A stretch of 64,000 nt of DNA from Escherichia phage Ec_Makalu_002, in the sequence record MN709127.1, one strand, 5' to 3'. Both the position numbers and the translations under genes were made by a program. Positions 27,214-35,804 of this stretch are shown piece by piece. Under the pieces are notes generated by a model. That model was not told the origin of the DNA. It worked only from the letters and a program-made list of their open reading frames with translations, and ran no database searches. Within the stretch, counting starts at the first letter, position 1, and each line of letters starts with the position of its first letter.

Positions 27214-27247
27214 TTTTGATTCTCCTATATCTCGTTGGTATGTGTGC

Positions 27248-27276
27248 ATTATAGGGGATCGGTGATCCCCTGTCAA
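27248..27276 (-). promoter_or_regulatory. PeSL-like early promoter cassette
   Basis: Minus TTGACA-17-TATAAT; palindrome ggggatcggtgatcccc. Confidence 0.55.
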
Positions 27277-27283
27277 CAACTTT

Positions 27284-27580
27284 TTATGATTTTTCTTTAT
27301 ATGCGTATTGAATAAATTGGTCCGCCACTTCGTCGGCTTTTTCGGGTTTGACTTCTGACGCCAGGACAATAGCTAGATCGGTTTCGTCGTTCCCGTCATA
27401 CCAATGATTATGAGTGTCTTTTTCTTTGATATAGAATGAGTCATTTGGAGTTGGACGACAATATACGTCTAAATTCTCGTCGATGTAAAAGATCCAATCT
27501 TCATAAAGAATAACCGTATTAGCAAGGTTCTTATTACCTTCAACGAAAGGTTCGGTTACAAACAAATCAGTACGTTCCAT
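27284..27580 (-). CDS. HxHW family paralog E (98 aa)
   Basis: GAGGA RBS; IFYIDENL ... HNHWY ... AIVLA. Confidence 0.55.
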   Translation of the reverse strand: MERTDLFVTEPFVEGNKNLANTVILYEDWIFYIDENLDVYCRPTPNDSFYIKEKDTHNHWYDGNDETDLAIVLASEVKPEKADEVADQFIQYAYKEKS

Positions 27581-27595
27581 AGTATTTTCCTCAAA

Positions 27596-27757
27596 TTAAG
27601 AAAAAGCGTTGAAAACAACCGCCAACACAACTACGTTAGCGATAAGGCTTAAAAAGCATTTCTTGAAACTTTCAGTGCAGATACCAATACTGGCAGGAAT
27701 TACACCGATCACGATAGCATAAAGAATAACTGCGATTTCTTGAAATACACCGTTCAT
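27596..27757 (-). CDS. small two-helix membrane protein (53 aa)
   Basis: ATG with GAGGA RBS; MNGVFQEIAVILYAIVIGVIPASIGICTESFKKCFLSLIANVVVLAVVFNAFS. Confidence 0.45.
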   Translation of the reverse strand: MNGVFQEIAVILYAIVIGVIPASIGICTESFKKCFLSLIANVVVLAVVFNAFS

Positions 27758-27814
27758 AATATTATCCTCAAAGTATGGGAGAGTGTTACCCCTCCCGATG
27801 ATTGTTATATTGCA

Positions 27815-28147
27815 TCACACAAAATGGCGTGTCAATGCTTCTTTTGCGGTTCCGCTAAGATTCTCGATCTCTCCTGGCATAACATCAACCGCCAGAACTT
27901 CTACAACATCCTCTGTTCCTAACCAGTGAGTATGACCTTTGTAGAACTTGATGCCCATATTGCCTTCTTCGTCCCATTTAACGCCCCATTTAACGTTATC
28001 ACTAGCCCACCACACATCACCGTCGATAAAGTTGATGTAAAGCACACTACGCCACATTGAATTAGTTACTTTCAATACCGCGCCTTTCATCTCTTCCACG
28101 GTGTGGTCTTCCATTTTGAAGACCTCGCCTACCTGAACTTTTGCCAT
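27815..28147 (-). CDS. HxHW family paralog F (110 aa)
   Basis: RBS GAGAGGTG; VLYINFIDGDV ... KGHTHWL ... VLAVDV. Confidence 0.6.
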   Translation of the reverse strand: MAKVQVGEVFKMEDHTVEEMKGAVLKVTNSMWRSVLYINFIDGDVWWASDNVKWGVKWDEEGNMGIKFYKGHTHWLGTEDVVEVLAVDVMPGEIENLSGTAKEALTRHFV

Positions 28148-28164
28148 TTAGTCACCTCTCTTTA

Positions 28165-28380
28165 TTACATAACAATCACGCCAGCCGTTGAAAGTTGATG
28201 TTTCAACTGAGCATTTTCTGCTACTGTCAAATCAATGATTTCTTGTGACGCTGCAATCATATAGCCATTGGTGATATTGTTTTGCATCAGTTCAATGGTT
28301 TCTTCGTTGTAGCGGATTTTAGCGATGATTTCGTTGAAGTTCATGTTTGATTCTCCTAGTTCGTTTCGGTATGTGTGCAT
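28165..28380 (-). CDS. hypothetical protein (71 aa)
   Basis: Track ORF with AGGAGAA RBS. Confidence 0.55.
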   Translation of the reverse strand: MHTYRNELGESNMNFNEIIAKIRYNEETIELMQNNITNGYMIAASQEIIDLTVAENAQLKHQLSTAGVIVM

Positions 28381-28408
28381 TATAGGGGATCTCCCGACCC
28401 CCTGTCAA
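28379..28408 (-). promoter_or_regulatory. PeSL-like early promoter cassette
   Basis: Minus TTGACA-18-TATAAT; near-palindrome ggggatctcccgaccccc. Confidence 0.55.
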
Positions 28409-28421
28409 CAACTTTTTTGAA

Positions 28422-28898
28422 TTATTTTTCTTGATGCTCGCGCTCGTACTTTTCGAAATAAAATTCTACTGGCTGATCGTGGATTGAAAGCAAGCCAAAG
28501 CGTTTAGCCGCACGTAATCCCATGTTACGTTGAATGTACTTCTGGAAGTTCTCGCGTATACACTTACGCCAGTATTCTAAGCCCATACAGCTTTTGTAAA
28601 GATTGCATTGCACACAAGCCGGATTCATGTTGTCAAGTATATCGTGCTCCGGTTTATGCATTCCTACAACCTTATACTTCCACGACCCATCATCATTACG
28701 GGCAATTCGTCCATTTTCATCATAGACTACTTTTGAGCGTCGCAATACTGGTTTGATGTGGTCTGCGTGCCAGCGATCCCCTAGTTCCTCGCCACAATAG
28801 GCACAACGTCCACCGTATTTCATTTTCAGGATCTGGCGTTGCTCTTTCTTTGACAATTTTTTAGGTTTAGGGGCTTTCGCCCCTTCATTATCACACAT
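28422..28898 (-). CDS. HNH endonuclease
   Basis: CAYCGEEL...WHADHIKP...CVQCN (His-Me finger with flanking Cys pairs). Confidence 0.7.
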   Translation of the reverse strand: MCDNEGAKAPKPKKLSKKEQRQILKMKYGGRCAYCGEELGDRWHADHIKPVLRRSKVVYDENGRIARNDDGSWKYKVVGMHKPEHDILDNMNPACVQCNLYKSCMGLEYWRKCIRENFQKYIQRNMGLRAAKRFGLLSIHDQPVEFYFEKYEREHQEK

Positions 28899-30393
28899 CG
28901 AATACCTCTTTTACTGTATTTGCAGTGGTCTTGTCGTAGCGAATACGTTTGATGATTGGGAGAAATAAAGAGAACTCCGGTTCATCTTCTTTACGTGATT
29001 TGCTGCGGATATATCCGTTGCATGTCATCTCAATGACTTTTCCAATCAGGTTATGACGGTCAGCCCATAACATTTCTCGGTCAAGTTCATTTCGACGATC
29101 GAACGGAATTACACGTTCAATACCATCATCACCTTTTTCGGTTGTGGTGTCTGTCAATCCCGATCCGGTGTTAGTCATCATTCGTCCGCACGCACTACGG
29201 ACAGTAAAACCGCCTACCTTGTTAGGTTCTTTACTGTGCGGATATACATCAACAATTTCCGCGTCGAAGTCAATCACTTCTTTAAATTTAACCTGGTCTT
29301 TACTGCGACGATCTTCAAATACACCATGTAAATTTTTAAGGATAATACCTTCTAATCCCATGTTGACATAACGATGATATACTTCGCGAGCTTCATCGAT
29401 ATTGTTAACTACAGTATTTTCGATTATCTGAACACGAGGATCGTTAAGTTCTTCAACAATCTGTTTTAGTTCTTCGAATCGATCTTTATATTGCTTCGTT
29501 GCTTTCTCGTTTCCGTAATACACATCACGGTCGATAACATCCCAGACAGTGTAAACAATACATTGGGCTTCTTCTTTTGGAATAGTTCCTTTCAGTGATT
29601 TGTTGAGGATACCATTTCCGGTCTGACGGTCTGCAACAACGGATTCTTTCACTGCTTCCGCTACTGGCGTTAATGGCATTTCCTCTTCTTCAAATATCCA
29701 TGATAGAGTACCATCATAAACGCTCTCAACGAAGTTCTGCGCTGGTGTTTGAGAAAGGGTAGGCATATATACCAACTCACCATCTAAAACAATTCCACGG
29801 CCTCGTAGACGCTCTAAAACAGCAAACAAATCATCCAGCCCCTGATAGGTATTACCTGAACGGGTATAGATTGCTAATGTTTCTCCGTCAATATCAGCCA
29901 TACCACGAGCGCCATCGCTTTTAAGTTGTGCATACGCCGGATATTTGATATTGGCAATAGTCTTATCAGAACATGACGATGCAAGGTGGCACGGCTGCTG
30001 AGGAATCAGCTTCTTCCATACCTTGTTTGCGGTGGTAGCGGAACAACCGCATTCCAGATCACGATTCAGGACCATCATTGCAACTTTAGCATCATCTTCT
30101 GACAAGCAAGTCAGAGTATCGGTAACTAGCTGTAATGCAGCATTACCAGTTACTTGACGCGTGGCAAGTTTATTTTTAAAGACCTGTAATGCACCGGATA
30201 AAGACAATACAGACGAATAGCGAGACGGTTTATCGTATTTCTTTACGCCAAACGTAACCTGCTTGCAATATGCCAGATAAAAGCATTCTTTCAGCGTTTC
30301 ATTGCTTGCAGATTCTTTCAGGATCTTTTCTTTCAGCGATGTTTTGTCAGTAGCTGCAAGCTGATTAATGATATTAAGAATTGACATTTTCAC
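28891..30393 (-). CDS. 30: ATP-dependent DNA ligase gp30
   Basis: 500 aa; adenylation motif AQLKSDGARG; overall resemblance to T4 DNA ligase. Confidence 0.9.
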   Translation of the reverse strand: MKMSILNIINQLAATDKTSLKEKILKESASNETLKECFYLAYCKQVTFGVKKYDKPSRYSSVLSLSGALQVFKNKLATRQVTGNAALQLVTDTLTCLSEDDAKVAMMVLNRDLECGCSATTANKVWKKLIPQQPCHLASSCSDKTIANIKYPAYAQLKSDGARGMADIDGETLAIYTRSGNTYQGLDDLFAVLERLRGRGIVLDGELVYMPTLSQTPAQNFVESVYDGTLSWIFEEEEMPLTPVAEAVKESVVADRQTGNGILNKSLKGTIPKEEAQCIVYTVWDVIDRDVYYGNEKATKQYKDRFEELKQIVEELNDPRVQIIENTVVNNIDEAREVYHRYVNMGLEGIILKNLHGVFEDRRSKDQVKFKEVIDFDAEIVDVYPHSKEPNKVGGFTVRSACGRMMTNTGSGLTDTTTEKGDDGIERVIPFDRRNELDREMLWADRHNLIGKVIEMTCNGYIRSKSRKEDEPEFSLFLPIIKRIRYDKTTANTVKEVFDV

Positions 30394-30853
30394 CTCGTTT
30401 TGTTAAACGTTCACGAATATCGTTTAGGATACTACAAAATTCCGATTCGGTCAATATGGTCTTTAACGGATCAGTTCCACCTATGCTATGACGCAATTTC
30501 TTATTTCCGGTAGCGAGCAATGCTTTACAAAAATCTGGGTTATTTCGTGCCATCGTAACAAATGCCAGATGTACCAGTCTGTAATAATGCTCACTCATTC
30601 GATGAATCGGGCGACCCTGAAAATATAGCATGTGATTCTCTATCTTTTCAGTCCTTCCGGTTCTTTTTGCTTTGCAGCCGTGCATCAAAAAGATTTCTCT
30701 TTGTCTCTGAGGGTTCTTAAATCTTAGCCCCTGTAAAAATCCTTCTGTGCTGTTAATATCGCAACCAAATAGACGGAATGGCCTTTTATTGAAATTACTC
30801 AACTCGCCAGATGGATAAGGTCCACCCGCATAGATATCAATTTCAGAAGTCAT
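30374..30853 (-). CDS. NADAR (YbiA-like) domain protein
   Basis: GELSNFN, STEGFLQGLRF and LLATGNKKL correspond to the YbiA motifs G.FSNF, T.EH.FQA.KF and LLAT...KL. Confidence 0.55.
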   Translation of the reverse strand: MTSEIDIYAGGPYPSGELSNFNKRPFRLFGCDINSTEGFLQGLRFKNPQRQREIFLMHGCKAKRTGRTEKIENHMLYFQGRPIHRMSEHYYRLVHLAFVTMARNNPDFCKALLATGNKKLRHSIGGTDPLKTILTESEFCSILNDIRERLTKRGENVNS

Positions 30854-31008
30854 TGAAACTAATCTCGCTAATCAGAGAGAACGGATCATAATCGTCATGA
30901 GGAATATCGATAGTAATCGAGTGAGGATTTACCCATACACCAAACTGGTCTTCTTCGGTGAATACTTCGGTATGGATTTCGTGGATGTTTACATTCATAG
31001 TTTTCATA
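30853..31008 (-). CDS. hypothetical 51-aa protein
   Basis: ATG 31008, ATGA overlap with the next gene; below track cut-off. Confidence 0.3.
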
Positions 31009-31047
31009 ATAAAAATTCCTTAATAATCAATAACTTACAAAATCATA

Positions 31048-31078
31048 TAGCCAAAATATAGGCGGGATTATTTCCCGC
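31048..31078 (-). terminator. hairpin terminator after gene 31
   Basis: Hairpin ggcgggattatttcccgcc. Confidence 0.45.
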
Positions 31079-31090
31079 CGTTTAAACTCA

Positions 31091-31414
31091 TTAACCGTAA
31101 ACTACCACAATATTCTGTTTGTGTGTTACAGTCCATTTCAGGTCGATCTCTTCTTCCTTCTTAACGCCGTTAATAACGTCTGGATGAGGAACTTTATTCA
31201 TCTTGCCGTGTGGCAGTAGAACAGTTTTACCCAGCAATTCTTTATCTACAGTTTCACCAATATCAATAATCTTACCTACCAGCGGAATCTCGCCCATAGT
31301 GCGCTTTTGCTCAATAATGATCCCCATAGAGCTTTTTACTTCGGTTCCTGCGCTTTCTGCTTTAGCTTCGATAATTACATAATCACCAAGTGCTTTAGGA
31401 GTTTTAACGGTCAT
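31091..31414 (-). CDS. 31: GroES-like co-chaperonin gp31
   Basis: 107 aa; GroES-like fold pattern (GDYVII ... mobile-loop segment ... VLLP); T4 position. Confidence 0.8.
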   Translation of the reverse strand: MTVKTPKALGDYVIIEAKAESAGTEVKSSMGIIIEQKRTMGEIPLVGKIIDIGETVDKELLGKTVLLPHGKMNKVPHPDVINGVKKEEEIDLKWTVTHKQNIVVVYG

Positions 31415-31454
31415 AATTTCTTACCTCTTCAAATCAATACAGTTTAATGATGAA

Positions 31455-31775
31455 TTATTTATAAATTTCGACGATCTGCGCTGGAGTCAGCCCGTCTACA
31501 TTAATCAGACTATCAAGCCCAAAACTACGGAAACCTTCAACTGCAATTTCATATACTGGCAAAGATGTTTCTGATTCTTTACGCGGTTTTTCTACATTAG
31601 GAACTAACCACTTTTCGTATGTTTCAAAAGGCATCAGTGCCGGATCTCGCGTGGCGATCATCTCGCGGACAGTACCATCTTTCTTAGTAAACTGCAAAGA
31701 GTGAGTACCGACCGAAAACATTTTCTTTAGTGCTTCACGAAGTGCGATAATATCAATTTGTTCAGTCATTATCAA
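31455..31775 (-). CDS. hypothetical protein (106 aa)
   Basis: Track ORF; position between cd and 31. Confidence 0.55.
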   Translation of the reverse strand: MIMTEQIDIIALREALKKMFSVGTHSLQFTKKDGTVREMIATRDPALMPFETYEKWLVPNVEKPRKESETSLPVYEIAVEGFRSFGLDSLINVDGLTPAQIVEIYK

Positions 31776-32289
31776 TACCCTTCAAATCAGTCAGTAATGC
31801 TTTTGGAATACGCGTAACCGTAATGTCGGCTTTATCCAAAATATCAGCCCAATCACGCCCACCATTTCGATCATATGTGTCGCAATAGTATAGATGTTTA
31901 ATTCCACTGTTTGCAATTGCTTTAGCGCAATCTGGACACGGTGAAGCCGTACACCACATACTAGCTCCTTCAATCGATACACCGCTACGGGCAGCAAACA
32001 AAATAGCATTTAATTCAGCATGGATCTCGTTTTTCTGTGACCATGCACTATGCTCTGGTCGTTTTTCTGGGATCATTTTACCTTCATCATCCAGCCAACC
32101 GCTTTTATGTGCATGACAGCTACAGTTTTCTTGTCCTGCTGGAGTACCATTAAATCCAGTAGAAATGATTCGCCCGTCTTTTTCAATTAGTGCGCCTACC
32201 TTCCACGAAACACATTTAGAGTTCTTTGCGATCAGGTAGGCGATCTGCATGTAAGTTTGTGATAACATAATATAATCCTCACATATCAA
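31762..32289 (-). CDS. cd: dCMP deaminase
   Basis: Zn-binding CDA motifs HAELNAI and PCPDC. Confidence 0.9.
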   Translation of the reverse strand: MICEDYIMLSQTYMQIAYLIAKNSKCVSWKVGALIEKDGRIISTGFNGTPAGQENCSCHAHKSGWLDDEGKMIPEKRPEHSAWSQKNEIHAELNAILFAARSGVSIEGASMWCTASPCPDCAKAIANSGIKHLYYCDTYDRNGGRDWADILDKADITVTRIPKALLTDLKGIDND

Positions 32290-32493
32290 TTAACCGTATA
32301 CGCGAAAGTATTCTACTGACCCGTCGCTATACTGTTTTACATTGAATGTATTCACACCATGATTATTTCTCATGATGACATATAAACTACGACGTTCATC
32401 GCTAAACGGCATAACTGGTGCTGGTTCAATGTCAACATTAAAACCACGTTTAGCAAGTGCGTCGCCTAATTTCTTGATTTTATCGGTAAACAT
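32290..32493 (-). CDS. hypothetical protein (67 aa)
   Basis: Track ORF tightly packed between cd and pseT. Confidence 0.5.
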   Translation of the reverse strand: MFTDKIKKLGDALAKRGFNVDIEPAPVMPFSDERRSLYVIMRNNHGVNTFNVKQYSDGSVEYFRVYG

Positions 32494-33371
32494 TAAAAGT
32501 CTCCGTAGTTAACCTGAAAACATTCTACACCGATTGTGCGGTACATGTCAACCACTTGGTCACGGTCATCCACTGCCAAAACAACATGATAACGTGGTGC
32601 AATTTCCGAGAAAAAGATCTCTTTCTTCACTTCATGATCTGGACGTCGATCATTAGTTTCACGTTGAAAGTGATCGCTAGGTTCAATACCCTGTTCACGC
32701 AACCATTGCAGAGTATCTTCTTCGCAAACATCCTCACGCCCTGAGCATGTAATGATACGATAACCATTATCACGATACAGTTTAAGCATTTCGATCACTT
32801 GCGGACGCGGTTTATCTTCTTTGACCTTTGTCCAGTCAAACGGATGACGACCGCCCTTATCCGCTAATGTTCCATCAATATCAAAGATCACTGCCTTTGG
32901 CAGCATGGTATTCGGTTTGTATACTTCTTGACCCATATATTCCTGCATCAGATAAAATTGGTTACGTAAATGAGATAGCGGAATTGCTTTCTCGCCGCGA
33001 TAGAAATTACGTTTCTTTAGTGTCTCAAACGGTTCATTGAACACTTGTTCAGTATACACCGCGTTAAATTCTTTTGCAAGTTCTTTGTAGAATACACGAT
33101 GTTTTTCTTTCAGGTTGGTATCAGAGATAATTATACTCAATCCGCGCGATAGAGTCTCGCGAGCAATCATTCTCTGAACAGACTCTACCAGCTTTTCCTT
33201 TTCCTTAGTATATTTGTATTTCAAAGGTGAGTCAACACCAAACAACATAAGACGAAGATCATCACGATTCACATTACGATAATTACTAAACCGTTTACAC
33301 GTTTCCATAGCCCATGTAGTTTTACCGGACCCAGAACAACCAACGGTTAAAATCACTTCACATTTCGGCAT
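32493..33371 (-). CDS. pseT: polynucleotide 5'-kinase / 3'-phosphatase
   Basis: P-loop GCSGSGKTT, HAD motif VIFDIDGTL, C-terminal GVECFQV; close match to T4 Pnk. Confidence 0.93.
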   Translation of the reverse strand: MPKCEVILTVGCSGSGKTTWAMETCKRFSNYRNVNRDDLRLMLFGVDSPLKYKYTKEKEKLVESVQRMIARETLSRGLSIIISDTNLKEKHRVFYKELAKEFNAVYTEQVFNEPFETLKKRNFYRGEKAIPLSHLRNQFYLMQEYMGQEVYKPNTMLPKAVIFDIDGTLADKGGRHPFDWTKVKEDKPRPQVIEMLKLYRDNGYRIITCSGREDVCEEDTLQWLREQGIEPSDHFQRETNDRRPDHEVKKEIFFSEIAPRYHVVLAVDDRDQVVDMYRTIGVECFQVNYGDF

Positions 33372-33823
33372 TATTTCTCCTTCGGTTTACACCGTTCCTC
33401 ATTGAGTTCTTTGCGATAATAACACATGATCAACTTACTTTCAAGTGTATATCTCTTAATATCAGCCAACCAGACTCTAAATTTTTGGGAGTCCTCCCAT
33501 GACATAGAAACTCTAGGCTTACCGTCTATTGTATCCACATTCAGGTCAATGTCAACTTTTTCTATTGGTGCTGGTAGTGGTGGATGTAATTTCGGTTCCT
33601 GTGAATAATGGTCCAGTGTACACGAAGAAAGCGCAAATACAATAGGCACAGCGAAGACATGGATTATGGCGGTCTGAAAATTCTTATGTGCTTTCTTAAA
33701 TATCCAGTGTATCACGAAAATTGAAAACACCATCAGGATAATAATGCTTGCACCTATCCACAGATAATCAACCAGATTAAAATTGCTTATCTGCTCTTGC
33801 GTAGGCAATATTTCTATGCTCAT
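33371..33823 (-). CDS. probable o-spanin (lipoprotein); true start likely internal
   Basis: Lipobox ALSSC followed by a Pro-rich region; position equals T4 pseT.2. Confidence 0.45.
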   Translation of the reverse strand: MSIEILPTQEQISNFNLVDYLWIGASIIILMVFSIFVIHWIFKKAHKNFQTAIIHVFAVPIVFALSSCTLDHYSQEPKLHPPLPAPIEKVDIDLNVDTIDGKPRVSMSWEDSQKFRVWLADIKRYTLESKLIMCYYRKELNEERCKPKEK

Positions 33824-34194
33824 TTAGTAGCCTCCTTTAATTCTTCGGTAAACTCCTTAAATGAGTCATTAAGCTGTTTCTCTACCAACTTGGGTTTTTG
33901 TGCTACTACATAGCCTCGTGTAGCGTCTTTCATTGCTTTGTTTTGTTCTTCTGCAAACTTAGTTCTTATTCCGTACATATCCTTTTGTAGTGAGTCTACG
34001 ACCTTCATCTTTTCATCTGTCTTTTTCTTATACTCTGTAAATTCCTGATTCAGTCGATCTACCTCCTTTTTATTTTCCCACCACATATTGCCACCTACCC
34101 CCAGCAACACAGATATGATAACAATGTATATCAGCTTTGACATATTACCCCCAACGACAAAAGGCGGGGAACTAGCCCCGCTTATTATTACCAA
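33820..34194 (-). CDS. probable i-spanin (N-terminal TM plus coiled coil)
   Basis: TM segment LIYIVIISVLLGV then charged helical region; position equals T4 pseT.3. Confidence 0.45.
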   Translation of the reverse strand: MVIISGASSPPFVVGGNMSKLIYIVIISVLLGVGGNMWWENKKEVDRLNQEFTEYKKKTDEKMKVVDSLQKDMYGIRTKFAEEQNKAMKDATRGYVVAQKPKLVEKQLNDSFKEFTEELKEATK

Positions 34195-35357
34195 TCAATC
34201 TTATCAGCCGGAATAAGTTTCTTATAATTCCGTAGATAGTAAGTTTTCATTGAATCCAGAATACGGTCATAATCAAGACCATCAAATGCAATCATCAGAC
34301 ACATGAAAATATATGCTTGTGCATCACCATGTTTACGTGATTCGATAGTCGCATTGGATGCATATGTCTTTCTGTCTTCTCCCGCGTGTGCGTTATAAAA
34401 TTCTGTTGCTGTCGTGAATGCATTGCGAAGAATAGACCTGAATGCTTCCTCGAATAGCTCGATTCGTTCCAGTGCTTCCGGTTCACCTTCATATGCAGCA
34501 CGCAAATCATCGGTTTCGCTTTCTACGACATAGTAGATCAGGTTATTAGGAAACATCGATGTGTTTTTAATGTTATGCACACCAATATACCATTCACTTT
34601 TCACCTTGAACATCTGACCGTCTTTGGTTCGTGCAACAATTCCCTCGATACCTTCCGCTACCCGAACTTCATCAAGAATATTGCTAAAACGCGCTGAATC
34701 AACCTGTAACGCATTTACCAGATGAGGACGCAGGATTGCATCAGCGAATAGTATTTGATGCGGTACATACTCTCCTGTGACGTTATGGCGTACATTCAGA
34801 AGTGTTAGCGACGGTTCAGAATATTCTACAACAATTCGGTTGCTGGGTGCTGTATATTCAAAGTTGAAAGTATAATCAGATCCAATATCGGCGATCTTAG
34901 CACGTAGTTCCGCATACTTCTCTGAATACAGAAGACCGTTTGCTCTCTCTGCCTGGCTTGAGTACAAGGCCGCTTTAGACTTCAACTGAACATAGCCGTT
35001 ATCAATGTATGTGCTTACTAGACTACCGTCCATTTTGTCCATGACCATTTCCACATCTTCCGGCTTAAAGCGAGCGCGATCATTCTCGCCTAAATTAAAA
35101 AACTTCTCCATAGGACGAGATGCAATGCGGACCGGACGACCTTTATCGTCAATTTCAAACATGATCCCGCGACACTCTAACGCATCTGGTTTATTCCACA
35201 TTTCCGGTTTGCTCAAGTACAGATAGCTAAAAATGCGCATATGGGTTTGCATCGCCGTAATTTCATCTTTGTAATAGAACGTATCAGATCCGTCACATAG
35301 TGCCATCAGATTTTTGAACAATGCTAAAACTTTTTTGTTGTTTTCTTTTGTTGACAT
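34188..35357 (-). CDS. rnlA: RNA ligase 1
   Basis: 389 aa; aligns with T4 Rnl1 (DALECRGIMFE, DGSLVSTY, NFEFTAP). Confidence 0.9.
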   Translation of the reverse strand: MSTKENNKKVLALFKNLMALCDGSDTFYYKDEITAMQTHMRIFSYLYLSKPEMWNKPDALECRGIMFEIDDKGRPVRIASRPMEKFFNLGENDRARFKPEDVEMVMDKMDGSLVSTYIDNGYVQLKSKAALYSSQAERANGLLYSEKYAELRAKIADIGSDYTFNFEYTAPSNRIVVEYSEPSLTLLNVRHNVTGEYVPHQILFADAILRPHLVNALQVDSARFSNILDEVRVAEGIEGIVARTKDGQMFKVKSEWYIGVHNIKNTSMFPNNLIYYVVESETDDLRAAYEGEPEALERIELFEEAFRSILRNAFTTATEFYNAHAGEDRKTYASNATIESRKHGDAQAYIFMCLMIAFDGLDYDRILDSMKTYYLRNYKKLIPADKIDW

Positions 35358-35754
35358 AATTTGTGTTCCATTCTGGTTTAAATTTGGTGATCAAAACAGG
35401 TTCTTCGATATCGGCAGTGCTTATAATATCCTTACCCGTTGGATTCTCAATATATAACTCAAAGCACTGGCGGTAATAGAATGTTACTGTCTTACCTTCC
35501 TCTAGCGCCTTATGAATATTCTTACTCTTGCGAGTATCCGCTGTTGGTGTTTGTCTGTTAATGCTAGTCCGATAATAATTGATCCTCTTTCTGAGATTGA
35601 CAGTCTGACCAATGTATACCAGTTCATCATCAACCGCAATAGCGTAAAGAACGTTTAAACGGTTCTTCTGAGGAGGCAGAATCACATCACCATCTTTACA
35701 CTCTAAACATGAATATTTAACGAATCCATAGTTTTCTATTAGCTCATTAACCAT
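35293..35754 (-). CDS. denA: endonuclease II (GIY-YIG)
   Basis: NVLYAIAVDDELVYIGQTVNLRKRINYYRT is nearly identical to the T4 DenA core. Confidence 0.9.
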   Translation of the reverse strand: MVNELIENYGFVKYSCLECKDGDVILPPQKNRLNVLYAIAVDDELVYIGQTVNLRKRINYYRTSINRQTPTADTRKSKNIHKALEEGKTVTFYYRQCFELYIENPTGKDIISTADIEEPVLITKFKPEWNTNYVNKRKQQKSFSIVQKSDGTM

Positions 35755-35804
35755 TATCCTTTCCTCACGTCACAACAAAGGCGGGATTTCTCCCGCCCAC
35801 CTTA

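Noticed and set aside
21300-28410. The repeated ~70-bp intergenic elements could be mistaken for a CRISPR array
   Set aside because: The repeats are not uniform in length or sequence, the segments between them are full genes with RBS and start codons, and each element has promoter hexamers. They are regulatory cassettes, not CRISPR repeats.
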